A stretch of 64,000 nucleotides of DNA from Ginglymostoma cirratum (GCA_024137785.1 JAHRHZ010000038.1:27026938-27090937); one strand, 5' to 3'. Positions 51,601-62,939 are shown, numbered from the stretch's first letter. Numbers and translations are program-made. The notes: a model not told the origin generated them from the letters alone.

Positions 51601-54600
51601 CTCAAATGCAAACTAATTTTTGCACTTGGGATGAAAGGTGCTTTCAAACTGGCATCAGAATTAAACATTTCTAGATCAGATATTGTATGTGGCAAATGAA
51701 AAATAGTCTCCACCATGCACCCACCACATGCTTTACAATGCAGCACAAAGCCATACTACTTCAGCGACTTCTTTTCAATTACCTATAACCTTCAGCATTA
51801 AAATCTAACAGAATAGAAGCAAGCTCAAAAAGGTGAGGAAAAGCCTTTTGGCTAATCAATTCTTGCTCAAGTACATTAATTGTGTTGTTAGAATCTAGAA
51901 TCATAAAATCCCTACAGTTCAGAAAGAGGTCATTCGGCCCATCGAGTCTACATCGACCCTCTGAAGAGCATCCTACACAGACCAAGGCCCCCATCCTATC
52001 CCCAGAAGCCCACAATTACAATGGCTAATCCACCTAGGCTGTGCCAGACACTACGGCACAATTTAGCATGGCTAATCCAGCAACCAGCACATCTTTGGGC
52101 ATCTAAATATCACATCTAAATATACTTAAATAACCCTAATCACTTTGCTTCTAAGCCTTATGATAGTAGTTTTATCAAGCATATTTTACTTTAGAATAAA
52201 TATATTTTTCTTGTTATCAGTTGCTGGTCTCTAACAGATCAGCAATAAAACAAGTTGGGATAGAGAACTAGGAAGAAAACTTTTATCAATCATCTTGAGA
52301 CAAATTCTAGCACAGACTGGACAGATGAAGGAATACTGGGCAATCAGTGAGTGAGCCACTCAACGTCATTCTCATCAGCGGTCATTTAAGAAATATCCAA
52401 TGAATCATTTGACTGCTTCAATGATGGGTTAATCTAATAATTGAAGGAAAGTGATTTACTTTTAGTCAAGTGATTAGGCCTATCTCCTGTTTCTCTATCA
52501 TCCCATCTCAACCACCTCCAGTGTTTTACCATCTTGAAATGTGTGGAATTCAAAATACTTATCCTCATTTACAAATCCCCTCTTATAGCATGCAGCTTTC
52601 TCTAATCTTGCATCCACATTCCTATCTCTCATTCTCACAACTCTGACATTCTGTATATTTACTTTCTCTTTCTTTCCTCAATTATCAGTTGCCTTTTGCC
52701 ATGATATTCCTGCTTTTGGAACATACTTCAAATCTTTCTGTCACTCTCTTATTTTTGAAAGATTTCTCAAAACTACTTTCTGTTATGCCTTCCTTTAGTC
52801 ACGATCACCAAATGTTTTACCTTTTCCTGGGTGACTGGTCTCTCTCTCTATCCTATTTTCCCAATCCTCAGGATGTGGGATTCTGACAAAGCTATTTAAT
52901 TGCAAGTTTCTGTACCAAGCGATCTGATTAATCCTTGTGGTAAGCCCAAAAGACAGCCATGTAGAATGCAGACGAAAAACCACAATCTGTACATGTGGCA
53001 ATCATCCCCTGAAAAACTTTTTAATACACTTTGAGTCTGATTCTCAGTTATACAGCACAGAAACAAGCCCTCTGGTCTAACTCCATCCATGCTGACGAGC
53101 TACCCTAACTATTATAGTGCTATTTGCAGCATTTGACCCATAACCCTCTAAACCTTTCCTATTCATGTACCCATTCAAATGCCTTTTAAATGGTGCAATT
53201 GTACCCATCTCACCACCTCCTCTGGCAGCTCATTCCATACATGCACCACCCTGTGTGAAAACGTTGCCCCTCAGGTCCCTTTTAAATCTTTCCCCTCTCA
53301 CCGCAAACCTGTGCCCTCTAGGTTTGGACTCCCCCACCCCAGGGAAAGACCGTGTCTATCTACCCGATCCATGATCCTTGATTTTATAAGCCTCTATAAG
53401 GTCACCCCGAGCCTCCAACACTCCAGGGGAAAAAATCCCCAGCTTATTCAACCTCTCCCTATAGCTCAAACTCCACGTCCCCCAATCACAGCAATATCTT
53501 TGAAAGGGTTCAGAAAAGATTCACAAGTTTAACAACATCCTTCCTCCCGCAGGGAGACCAGTATTGAATGCAGTATTCTAAAAGTGTGCTCGCCAATGTC
53601 CTGTATAACTGCAATATGATGCTCCAAACCCCACACCCAATGCACTGACCAATAAGGCTTCTGCGAGAATCCTTCTCCCCTTATCGCCATGCACTGATCT
53701 CTGCCGTGAGCTCATCAATATACTTTCTATCTATTTGTTCGGGCACGACCACCACACCTCACCCACTGCCCTATTTACTACATAGATATGGTGGAGGTCA
53801 AAAGCCCAGCAATTTCAAGCAGTGCAACATAAATATTATAATTATCCATAGCAACTTGAATTAGGAATTTTCTTGGATTTTTATGAATTACTGTATTTTA
53901 GGGCCTTTCATAACAGCCAAACCATATGCCTTCATACTCACCTTCACTTTAGAGTTACAACTGAACTTGGATTCAGTTAGCCATTGCAAAATCTAAATGT
54001 CTCAAGGTTCAGCACGAGGCCATCCATTTTGTATTCAAGACAGACAAATGGGAACCCCCTCTACTGGCAAAAAATTAGCAACTGTGGAGTAGCAAAGGAA
54101 CTTAGGCATCCATGTAGGTTACATTACAAGGATCAGTTATATAAGCTTGGTTTACAAAATTGTTTCAACCGAAATTACAGAAAGTTCAATGCATGGAATC
54201 AACCTCCTAATGACTGTCATAAAGTGTGGCTACATCGTGACTCAAACACTGTAACCAAAGGCCACATCATTTGAATTTATCAATCTGACATTCAATGCTT
54301 CTGCCAAAGGAGGAAACAAAATGGCCAGCTTGGGACCATCCAGACATAAATCTCTGCTTTTTCATATTCTGGAGGCTTTTGCTCTGCACGGCTCCAGATG
54401 GGAGCTGAACAGAGTAGATATTTAAACACCGATTCCACGTACAACCTACAGACTGTGTTCACAAGTGACAGACTTGCTTTCATATAACAACTTTCATAAC
54501 CTCAGTGTTCAATGAAGTGCCTTTCAAGTGTAGCCCTACTGTAATGTATGAGCCAGTCAAATTGTACACAGCAATTACACAAACTGCAATGTGATAGCGA

Positions 54601-57600
54601 CCAGATATCTGTTTATGTGACAGTTGAGGGATGAAAATAGTGCATACCCAGATATAGTTCCCTGCGTGTTTTCAAAATAATGTTAGGAATCTTTAACACC
54701 CAAGGTCATCTTGCTTGAAGGTGCAAATGAGGTCTTTGGTTTAACATCTCATCCAAAACTCATCTTTGAAATGTGCAACACAATCACTAAGCACTGCATT
54801 TAAGTCTCTGTAGCAGGACTTGAATCTATACCTTGTTGATGTTGAGGAAAAAGATAAACCACTGAACCCTGACAGATACCAAAATTGTTCCAGTATGCTA
54901 CACATCTCAAAAAGTACTACATTTATTATGGAAAAATAACAATTTTTAAAAAATTTGATGTGGACATTATTGGCTAGACCAGCAACTGTTGACCATCCCT
55001 ATAGGGTCAGACGGCAATTCAGAGTCAACTCCATGGCTACGGGTCTGGAACCACTTGTAAGCCAGATCACAATGGCAGAATTCCTTCCCTAAATGATATT
55101 AGGGAACTGGACTTTTTTTGAAAAGAAGAAACATTTGAAAATGGTTACATGGTCACCATTAAGCCAAGGTTTTGTTCCACATTTTTATTGAATTCACATT
55201 TCCCCGTTTACCATGATGGGGTTTGAACCTATGTCCCCCAGAATATTTGCATATGGGTTCTGGTGACCTTACTATGAAACCAGTGTCCTTAACGCACTTA
55301 AGAGAAATCCTTTACAGCATATCGGATCAGTTACTTAAAACATTAACTTGATATCTATTTAAACTTGGCCAAGATAAAGCCTTAAATTAAAAACTTACAA
55401 ACAAGCTTATCCACCATAACAGAAGAAGTTGTTATTTAAGGCTGTCTGCGTTCTAAGAATAATTTCTTACACTTTCATACACAAATTTCCAAAATACTTT
55501 AAGCATACAGGGCCTCAATAGTTGGGAGATTTTCCAAGTAGATCTCTACCTTAAAATTACAACAGGATACTCCTACCAGTGTGCGCTTTACTTACTGCTG
55601 ACCGGGCTTCTGAGACTTTCGCCTTCTTCAGTCTTGCTTTTGCTGCATCTAAATCCAGTCTTTTATTCTGCAACAGTTTACGTTCTTTCTGCAACCAACA
55701 ATCAAACCTGAACATCAATGATATAGAAGACCAGTAATAATTCAATTGAATATACTGTTCAGCACAGAAGGGACCTGTCTTCCCATTCTGCATCACAATC
55801 CTTTATGGTGCATTACCAGACTGTTAGCTGTTAGTGCAATGAAGGGGCTGTCTACACAGCCATTCTCCACTCAAACTCAATCTGATAGTATTGGAAATAA
55901 ATCAGATACAAAAGCTGGAACAGTCTCAGAAGAAATGCATAACTGAGTCATGGAAAAAAGACGACAAACACAAAATAATGTAGAAACTCAGCACATCAGG
56001 TAGCATCTGTGAAGAGAGAAACAACGTTAATGTTTTGAGTTCATCGAGGTCCGAAGAAGAGTCGTCCCAAACTTGACAACTGTTTCATTTTCCACAGGTG
56101 TTGACAGACCTGCCGAGTTTCTCCAGCATCCTGATTCGGATTTCCAGCACCCACAGTGTTTTGTCTTTATTAGGGAGAAAGGAAAGCTGCCAGTCTGTGT
56201 GGGGCTAACTGGGGTAGCAGGTGTTATAATTAATTCAAGCATTTTCAATTTATTCAGTTAAGGTTTTTAGGTCAAGCTTCCAGTATATGATAGCTATTTG
56301 GTATCTTAGCAACTATCAATGTTGCTCGTAAAATAAACTGGGGGAAAATTGCCCTGGACAATTGCCAACACCCAAATTATCCAACATTACACAGTTTAAA
56401 TTGAATTCCTAACAGAAAATTTAAGTCTCTAATGCATTTCAACAGAATGGCAGACAGCAGATTTGACATATAGAAAAGGAAAGTCAAGTCAAAGTTATCG
56501 CTGATAAGAGATAAAAGGTACTGCAGATGCTGGAGAATCCAAGATAACAAGGTGTGGGGCTGGATGANNNNNNNNNNNNNNNNNNNNNNNNNNNNNNNNN
56601 NNNNNNNNNNNNNNNNNNNNNNNNNNNNNNNNNNNNNNNNNNNNNNNNNNNNNNNNNNNNNNNNNNNNNNNNNNNNNNNNNNNNNNNNNNNNNNNNNNNN
56701 NNNNNNNNNNNNNNNNNNNNNNNNNNNNNNNNNNNNNNNNNNNNNNNNNNNNNNNNNNNNNNNNNNNNNNNNNNNNNNNNNNNNNNNNNNNNNNNNNNNN
56801 NNNNNNNNNNNNNNNNNNNNNNNNNNNNNNNNNNNNNNNNNNNNNNNNNNNNNNNNNNNNNNNNNNNNNNNNNNNNNNNNNNNNNNNNNNNNNNNNNNNN
56901 NNNNNNNNNNNNNNNNNNNNNNNNNNNNNNNNNNNNNNNNNNNNNNNNNNNNNNNNNNNNNNNNNNNTCATCCAGCCCCACACCTTGTTATCTCAAAGTT
57001 ATCGCTTGCTAATTCTTGATAGAAGCTGCTCTCCTGCACAATCATGAGGTGTACGCATGCCAGGAAGGAGAGAAATATCACATCTTAAAAAAAACTCAGA
57101 ACTCTGGAGATGGAAGACTGGCCATAAATGTAATAACCAACAAAGATGCATTGGCATTAAAGTGGAAGTGGATTCAACTTACAGATATTGTTCTGTAGTC
57201 TCCTTCCAGGAAGTTCCTGAGGGGGGCCAAAAAGTTAACTTCTGAGGAATGTATTAACTCCTTTTCTGCAGCACCAATTCGGTTTTCGGTTTCTCCACAT
57301 TTGATAAGAGCACTACCTGTTGGGAGGAAAATAATATTTAGAATTACTCAGGCTCTCCCTTTACCTGATTAAAGTAGGGACTTTCCTCACTTCCATTTCA
57401 ATATAATTCTATTACTTTATTTGAGCCCTGTAGTATAATGGGTGAATTATATTCCCTACAGCTGGGATTTTACAGACCCAACACAGCAACGTATCCTGTG
57501 GCAGCAATCTTGTGTGGTTCTGACACTGGTCTATGCATTGAAAATATAACTGGACCATCACAGCAGGACGGTATCATGACTCCCCTAGACAGGGTAAAAA

Positions 57601-60600
57601 CCTGAAAAGAAAGGAATCTCCAAAAAACAACTCTGGTAGAAGGAATTGATGGACAAGATTTCATTTTTTAAAACTTCTACTTTTACAGTCAAACCCAAAA
57701 ATCAATGTAAAATTAAGCAAAATTAAGGTTCCAAATATGGGTGGCACGGTGGCTCAGTTGTTAGCACTGCTGCCTCACAGCGCCAGGGACCCGGGTTCGA
57801 TTCCACCCTCGGGTGACTGTCTGTGTGGAGTTTGCACATTCTCCCTGTGTCTGCGTAGGTTTCCTCCAGGTGCTCCGGTTTCGTCCCACAGTCCAAAGAT
57901 GTGTAGGCTAGGTGGATTGGCCATAGCGTTCAGGGATGTGTAGATTAGGTGAGTTATAAGGGGATGAGTTTGGGTGGGTGCTCTGAAGGTTGGTGTGGAT
58001 TTGTGGGGCTGAAGGGCCTGTTTTCACACTGTAGGGATTCTAAAGATTCATACAATAACAAATGATTTCTCACGCAAGAAAATTTCCAATACTACAAAGA
58101 CAAAGGACTGTCAAATAAAAGGACCACCAGTGCAGCTTTAACTTTACCTCTGGTACATCCCTCAGTCCTTGTGTTTTTCCACTGGCTGCAAATTCAATTG
58201 GAAGTTCCAAATATGGCTGACACCAAAGAACATACTCATATACAAGTTCTGCATCCTGATAGCGTAATTTTCCAAAGTTCCTTTTCGTCATCAACAACCA
58301 GTTCATAGATGAAGCCCCTGATATAAATGTTTATACTTTGTTGTAGTTTTACAATTCATTCTCATTTAGCTTGCTTGCAAATTGTGCACGTTGCAGCAGC
58401 ACAAGCTGTAGCTTAACGCCAAATTAGCTACTGTTTCCATTTTCTGGTATACTAGCTCCCATCTCCATAGTTAACTTGGTTACAGTCTAGTTTACCACTT
58501 TGTCTCTTATCTGAGATCTCTCTCTCCAACCAGACTAACTTCTCTGTAACCCAATGATCTAACAGCCAGGAACTCGAATTATCACTCCATCCAGAGTTCT
58601 CTCTTTTTTCACTTTGGGCCAAAAGGGACATCTCACAACTAAATATTTTGTATGGGATGGCTTAAACTAGTTTGGCAGGGGGTGGGGAACCGAATTTATA
58701 ATTCAGAGGATGAGGTATTCGGCCTTCCAACAGACACAACAGGGAGTGAGGTGGTTTATAAAGAAATGCGGTCATTGGACCTTAATTGCGGACACCGTGA
58801 TGGAACTTAGAGCACGGGTCGGTACTTGGACCTACGAGGTGTGGCCATTACAGAAACTTGGGTAACTCAGGGAGAGGAATGGTTGTTGGAAGTTCCGGGA
58901 TTTAGATGCTTTAAAAGAAATAGGGAGGGTGGGAAAAGGGGTGGGGGAGTGGCATTGCTATTCAGGGCGAGTATAGCAGCTACTGAAAGGCAGTTCGAGA
59001 ATGATGTGTCTACAGAGTCAGTTTGGGTTGAGGTCAGGAACAAGAAAGGAGCAGTCACTTTGTTGGTTTTTTTTTCTAAAAACAGACCCCCTAATAGTTG
59101 CAGAGAAGTAGAGGAGCGGATTGGGTGGCAAATACTGGAAAGGTGCAGAAGTCACAGGGTTGTAGTCATGGGTGACTTCAACTTTCCAAATATTGATTGG
59201 AAACATTTTAGTTGTCATAGTTTAGATGGAGCAGATTTTTGTCTAGCGTGTTCAGGAAGGATTCCTGACACAATATGTAGATAGACCAACACGAGGATAG
59301 GCTACTTTGGATTTGGTGCTTAGCAACGAACCGGGCCAAGTGTTAGACCTGTTGATAGGGGAGCATTTGGCGGGAGCGATCATAACTCTTTCTTTCACGA
59401 TAGTCATGGATAAGGATAGGTACATACAGCAGGGTAAAGTTTATAATTGGGGGAAGGGTAATTACAATTCAGTTAGGCAAGAACTGGGAACAGATGCTGT
59501 CAGGGAAGAGCACCACAGATGTGGAGATTGTTTAAGGAATGCATACTGCATGTGCTCGATATGTTTGTCCCTAGCAGGCAGAGAAGATGCGGTCGAGTGA
59601 GGGAGCCATGGTTCTTGGAGAGGTCGAACGACTGGTTAAGAGGAAGGAGGCGGCTTGTGTGAGGTTTAGGAAAAGAGGAACGGAAAAGGCTCTAGCAGGA
59701 TACAAGTTAGCCAGGAAGGAGCTGAAGAAAGGGCTTATGAGAGCTATAAGGGTGCATGAGAAAACCTTGGCGGATAGGATCAAGGAAAACTCCAAGGCTT
59801 TTTACACAAATGTGCAGAACAAGAGAACGACCAAAGGGTAGGGCCGATCAAGAATTGTAAAGGGAATTTGTGCACAGAGCCTAAAGAAATAGAGGTCCTT
59901 AATGAATACTTTGCTTCAGTATTCACAACTGAGGGGGACCTAGTTGTAGGGACGTTGTGAACCAGGCAGGTAGGCTAGAGGAGGTTGATGTTAGGAAAGA
60001 TGTGCTAGGAGTTGAGGAAGTTGAAGATAGATAAGTCCCCCCCCCGGGCCTGATGGGATTTATCCGAGGATCCTATGGGAAGCGAGGGACGAGATCGCAG
60101 GGCTTTTGGCGATGATCTTTTCGTCCTCACTGTTCACGGGTATAGTGCCGAAAGATTGGAAAGAGGCAAACGTCATTCCCTTGTTCCAAAAAGGGAACAG
60201 GGATAACCCCGGAAATTACAGGCCAATTAGTCTTACTTTAGTGGTGGGCAAATTATTGGAAAAGGGGTCCAAGAGATAGGACTTATGATCGCTTGGAAAG
60301 GCACAGTTTGATTCATGATAGTCAGCATGGATTTGAGAGGGGTAGATCATGCCTTACAAACCTTACTGAATTCTTTGAAGAGATGACCAAATGCATGGAT
60401 GAAGGTGGAGCAGTGGACATGATATACATGGATTTAAGTAAGGCGTTTGATAAGGTTCCCCATGGGAGGCTCATGCAGAAGGTAAGGAGGCATGGGATAG
60501 GGGGAAAATGTTTTTAGATTGGATTCAGAATTGGCTGACCCTTAGAAGACAAAGGGTGATAGTGGACAGAAATTATTCAACATGGTGTTCAGTTACGAGT

Positions 60601-62330
60601 GGCGTACCACAAGGATCTGTTCTGGGTCCTCTTCTATTTGCGATTTTTGTAAATGATTTGGATGAAGGCGTGGAAAGGCGGATTAGCAAGTTCACGCACG
60701 ATACGAAGGTGGGTCACGTTGTGGACAGTGCGGAGGGCTGTTCTAGGTTACAAAGGGACATTGATAGAATGCAGAGCTAGGCTGAGAAGTAGCAGAAGGA
60801 GTTTAACCCTGAAAAGTGCGAGGTGATTCATTTTGGAAGGAAAAACTTGAAAGCAGAATACAGGGTTAACAGAAAGATTCTTGGCAGTGTGGAGGAGCAG
60901 AGGGATCTTGGGGTTCATGTCCACAGTTCCATGAAAGCTGCCACCCAGGTGGATAGAGTTGTTAAGGCGGCATATGGTGTGTTAGCTTTCATTAATAGAG
61001 GGATTGAGTTCAAGGGCTGTGAAGTTATGCTCCAGTTGTACAAAAGCCTGGTTCGGCCACATCTGGAGTATTGTGTCCAGTTCTGGTCACCTCATTACAG
61101 GAAAGATGTGGAAGCGTTGGAAGAGGTGCAGAGCAGATTTACCAGGATGTTGCCTGGAACTGAGGGAAGGTCTTACGAGGAAAGGTTGAGAGCGATAGGG
61201 CTTTTCTCTTTAGAACAACGAAGGATGAGAGGTGACTTGATAGAGGTGTACAAAATGATCAGAGGTATAGATAGAGTAGACAGCCAGAGACTTTTTCCTA
61301 GGGTGGAGGTAGCTTTTACGAGGGGACATAGTTTTAAAGTGAAAGGAGGTAGATATCGGGGAGACGTCAGAGGTAGGTTCTTTACTCGGAGAGTGGCAGG
61401 GGCGTGGAATCGGCCTCATTAGGGGCAATTAAGCGGCTATTAGATAGGCATATGGATGATCGTAGAAGGGAGCGGTTGAGGTTAGATAGACCTTAGGTTT
61501 AGGGTAAAAGTTCGGCACAACATCATGGGCCGAAGGGCCTGTACTGTACTGTGCTGTACTGTACTATGTTCTAATTAAGAGCCTTTCCATGGTACAGAGT
61601 TCATCTCAATGGAGCTTCCTCTATAGTTGTTTATTGCCAGGGAATCAAACCATTTCGAAGTGTTCAGAAATTAAGTTTTGCACAGAAGCCAGCAATTTGA
61701 AATCAGTATACGCCGGACAGTAACTCACAATAGCCAGCAATTATTAACAGCTTGATTGTTAACATGACGATCATTGTTTAACTGGGACCCTTTTAAATGA
61801 CCATACAATCAGATTGGTTGACACGTCTAATGTTATAAGCTGGCACAGGGAGGTTTAAGTCTGATGAGAGAACATAGAAAAGTAAGAAATAGGAGCTGGG
61901 GGCGGCCATTTGGTCAGAGCCTGCTCTGCCATTCAACAAGGTCATGGCTGATCACCTCCTTCAACTCCAGTTATGAAAGCTAAAGTTTGTCCACTATGTT
62001 AAAATACTGAAATCATTTACATTCAGGTTAAACCACCATTTATCACAGAACACCACAATACAGAAAAGGCCAAATCGCGCCTGTGGCATTCCATGGCATT
62101 ATTTTAGCAATCAATTATAACATCTTTAAGAAATAAGTTGTTTTAAAACTTAGTAATACAAAAAGTAGTTAGGCTTTCTCTAAATGGTTACATTCTCTTA
62201 CCATATGCAGTGCCAGGACCAAATTCATTTCCAGCCTCAATCATATACTGCCCCAATTGTTCACAGTTACTTAGACGAGGTGGTGCTTTTCGATCCAGTT
62301 TCTCATACACAAATTCTTCTATTCTTGCAT
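39606..62330 (-). CDS. SH3GLB1: SH3GLB1 / endophilin B1 (Bif-1), partial multi-exon CDS (exons 3-11; N-BAR + SH3); exons 1-2 outside window
   Basis: Nine exons with GT-AG boundaries and matching phases translate to a protein closely matching human endophilin B1 as I recall it. B1-type rather than B2-type residues: MDSDWLMGERGNQKGKVPITYLELLN, QLNASEAEGDNFM, WAEEVTK. Confidence 0.97.
40050..40715 (+). mobile_element. Highly decayed L2-like fragment in intron 10
   Basis: Pyrimidine-rich L2-type 3' region ending aaaagcactataaa; weak. Confidence 0.45.
42398..42620 (-). CDS. SH3GLB1: SH3GLB1 exon 10 (223 bp): linker + SH3 start, (S)FPTTFSSNNNQTASASLSPSVVPSSASSVPLCIPNCPVPGSNDYKVPPSGTRKARVLYDYDAADSNELSLLADE
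   Basis: Acceptor tttcag|T after a T31 tract, donor GAG|gtatgt; SH3 motif ARVLYDY; overlaps ORF 42305..42556. Confidence 0.97.
42629..42659 (-). repeat. Poly-T31 run forming the polypyrimidine tract of the exon 10 acceptor
   Basis: 31 consecutive A on plus strand, 8 nt from the exon 10 boundary. Confidence 0.9.
43060..43560 (+). mobile_element. CR1 3' fragment
   Basis: WNALPGQVTEADTLATFKRH (ORF 43361) and CR1 tail gggcctgttcctgtgct. Confidence 0.85.
43660..44500 (+). mobile_element. CR1 3' fragment
   Basis: LYRALIRTHLEYCVQFWSP and LRGNVFTQR motifs; tail gctgtacatctctatgactcta. Confidence 0.9.
44954..45054 (-). CDS. SH3GLB1: SH3GLB1 exon 9 (101 bp): AHHLRCLHDYVDAQLTYYAQCYQYMVDLQKQLG(S)
   Basis: Acceptor ccacag|GCT, donor AG|gtaata; end of BAR domain. 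Confidence 0.98.
45315..45404 (-). CDS. SH3GLB1: SH3GLB1 exon 8 (90 bp): AEQEMRITQSEFDRQAEITRLLLEGISSTH
   Basis: Acceptor atgtag|GCT, donor CAT|gtaagt; near-identical to human. Confidence 0.98.
45560..46325 (-). mobile_element. Penelope-like element 3' fragment: GIY-YIG endonuclease remnant + terminal repeat
   Basis: Minus-strand translation TSNLIYCIRCS*SGPLYIGETKHRLGDQFAEHLRS...PVAIHFN...RKLEEQ (GIY-YIG; ~46191-45955), followed by the repeat carrying a hammerhead-like motif at 45649-45684. Confidence 0.9.
46803..46990 (-). mobile_element. HE1-type SINE, 3' half
   Basis: Reverse complement of SINE core and tail. Confidence 0.85.
47931..47954 (-). CDS. SH3GLB1: SH3GLB1 neural microexon 7 (24 bp): LWAEEVTK
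   Basis: Acceptor aaatgcttgacag|CTT, donor AAA|gtaagt; matches mammalian IWAEEVTK; frame-preserving. Confidence 0.92.
50695..50781 (-). CDS. SH3GLB1: SH3GLB1 alternative exon 6 long form (87 bp): QLNASEAEGDNFMVNFSYMLNLLHVTWLK
   Basis: In-frame extension to a second donor AAG|gtttgt; extension matches the mammalian B1c insert (VNFSYMLNFLHVKWLK, from memory). Confidence 0.87.
50743..50781 (-). CDS. SH3GLB1: SH3GLB1 alternative exon 6 short form (39 bp): QLNASEAEGDNFM
   Basis: Acceptor ttctag|CAA with upstream pyrimidine tract and GCTAAT branch-like motif; donor ATG|gtaaat; matches mammalian B1b insert QLNSARLEGDNIM. Confidence 0.9.
51890..52100 (-). mobile_element. HE1-type SINE, 3' half
   Basis: agaatcataaaatccctacag...gcatggctaatcca. 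Confidence 0.8.
53045..53655 (-). mobile_element. CR1 3' fragment (sense to SH3GLB1)
   Basis: Reverse complement of the 43660-44500 family. Confidence 0.85.
54480..54870 (-). mobile_element. DeuSINE/SacSINE1-like SINE
   Basis: Reverse Deu-domain-like ggtttaacatctcatccaaaa and tRNA-head-like ggacttgaatc...aaccactga. Confidence 0.6.
54955..55285 (-). mobile_element. Second tRNA-SINE family, antisense
   Basis: agagtcaac...tggcagaattccttccctaaa...gggtttgaacc. Confidence 0.7.
55596..55688 (-). CDS. SH3GLB1: SH3GLB1 exon 5 (93 bp): KERKLLQNKRLDLDAAKARLKKAKVSEARSA
   Basis: Acceptor ttgcag|AAA, donor GCA|gtaagt; endophilin RLDLD motif; overlaps ORF 55557..55796. Confidence 0.98.
55960..56170. mobile_element. 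Old palindromic (head-to-head) Penelope-repeat derivative
   Basis: gaaactcagcacatcaggtagcatctgtg on the left is inverted relative to cacaggtgttgacagacctgccgagtttc on the right; degenerate hammerhead remnants in the centre. Confidence 0.7.
56503..56992. mobile_element. Young palindromic Penelope-repeat insertion spanning a 400-N gap (56568-56967), 14-bp TSD
   Basis: TSD tcaaagttatcgct at 56489-56502 and 56993-57006; gap flanks gataacaaggtgtggggctggatga / tcatccagccccacaccttgttatc are exact inverted repeats. Confidence 0.85.
57183..57316 (-). CDS. SH3GLB1: SH3GLB1 exon 4 (134 bp): (G)SALIKCGETENRIGAAEKELIHSSEVNFLAPLRNFLEGDYRTIS
   Basis: Acceptor caacag|GT, donor TCT|gtaagt; phase 1 in, phase 0 out. 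Confidence 0.97.
57739..58050 (+). mobile_element. HE1-type SINE
   Basis: gggtggcacggtggctcag head, B box gggttcgattcc, tail gggattctaaagattc. Confidence 0.92.
58645..61575 (+). mobile_element. Relatively young 5'-truncated CR1 (HER1-like) LINE, near-complete but frameshifted ORF2, antisense in intron 3
   Basis: APE motifs ITETW, GGGVAL, MGDFNFP, LDLVL; RT motifs SQHGF, DLSKAFDKVPH, GVPQGSVLGP, FTHDTK; C-terminal LVRPHLEYCVQFWSP; microsatellite-like tail (gtact)n-atgttcta. Confidence 0.95.
62202..62330 (-). CDS. SH3GLB1: SH3GLB1 exon 3 (129 bp): (N)ARIEEFVYEKLDRKAPPRLSNCEQLGQYMIEAGNEFGPGTAY(G)
   Basis: Acceptor tttcag|AT, donor TATG|gtaaga; BAR-domain homology; Tyr80-equivalent (EEFVY) retained. 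Confidence 0.97.
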
Positions 62331-62939
62331 CTGAAAGATGAAAGGATAGTAGCGAATAAAATCTGATTTACAGATCATGCGCTAAGATATCACAAGACTG
62401 CAAATGAGGTTCAATTTCTGCATTTGCCACATGCAGTTAAAAACTACTGTAGTTGCATTTTAACAGCAATTATGAATTCAGTCAGAATATCTTAAGGTGC
62501 TTGATTTCAACAATTATCCTACTTGTGGACTGGGTAGTTGATTAGAAACAACTGTAGGTTATTCAGTCCCCAAATCTTGTTTCACCACTCAGATGAACAC
62601 GGGTCCGTACCTCATCTTTACTTAAAGGACTTCAGCTTCATACCTTTTCGTACTCTCAGTTACTGAATGAGATAGGTCCATTCCAGCTCAATTTGATGGG
62701 GATGAAAATCTCCACTGTCTGCTGGTTGTAAAGTTTTTTTTTTTTCTTTAAAGGAACCACCTTGTGTGTGTTATTAATTGATTTATTTGTAGGCATGAGT
62801 TTACAGAACAAAATTAGCCCGAACACTCAGCTGACAATCTTGCTCAAAGAACACCACAGCACATCCCCATTCCTGGACAGCTGATGGTGGTATGCTGATA
62901 GCATTGGGTAATCCTGCATAGTTTAATAACTCAAATAAA

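Noticed and set aside
58826-61422. Intact, active CR1 ORF2
   Set aside because: Split by several frameshifts and stops, catalytic FADD reads FTHD, and ORF1/5' UTR are missing.
39606-62330. Alternative identification as SH3GLB2 (endophilin B2)
   Set aside because: C-terminus (DSDWLMGERGNQKGKVPITYLELLN) and neural inserts match B1; the B2-type insert is absent.
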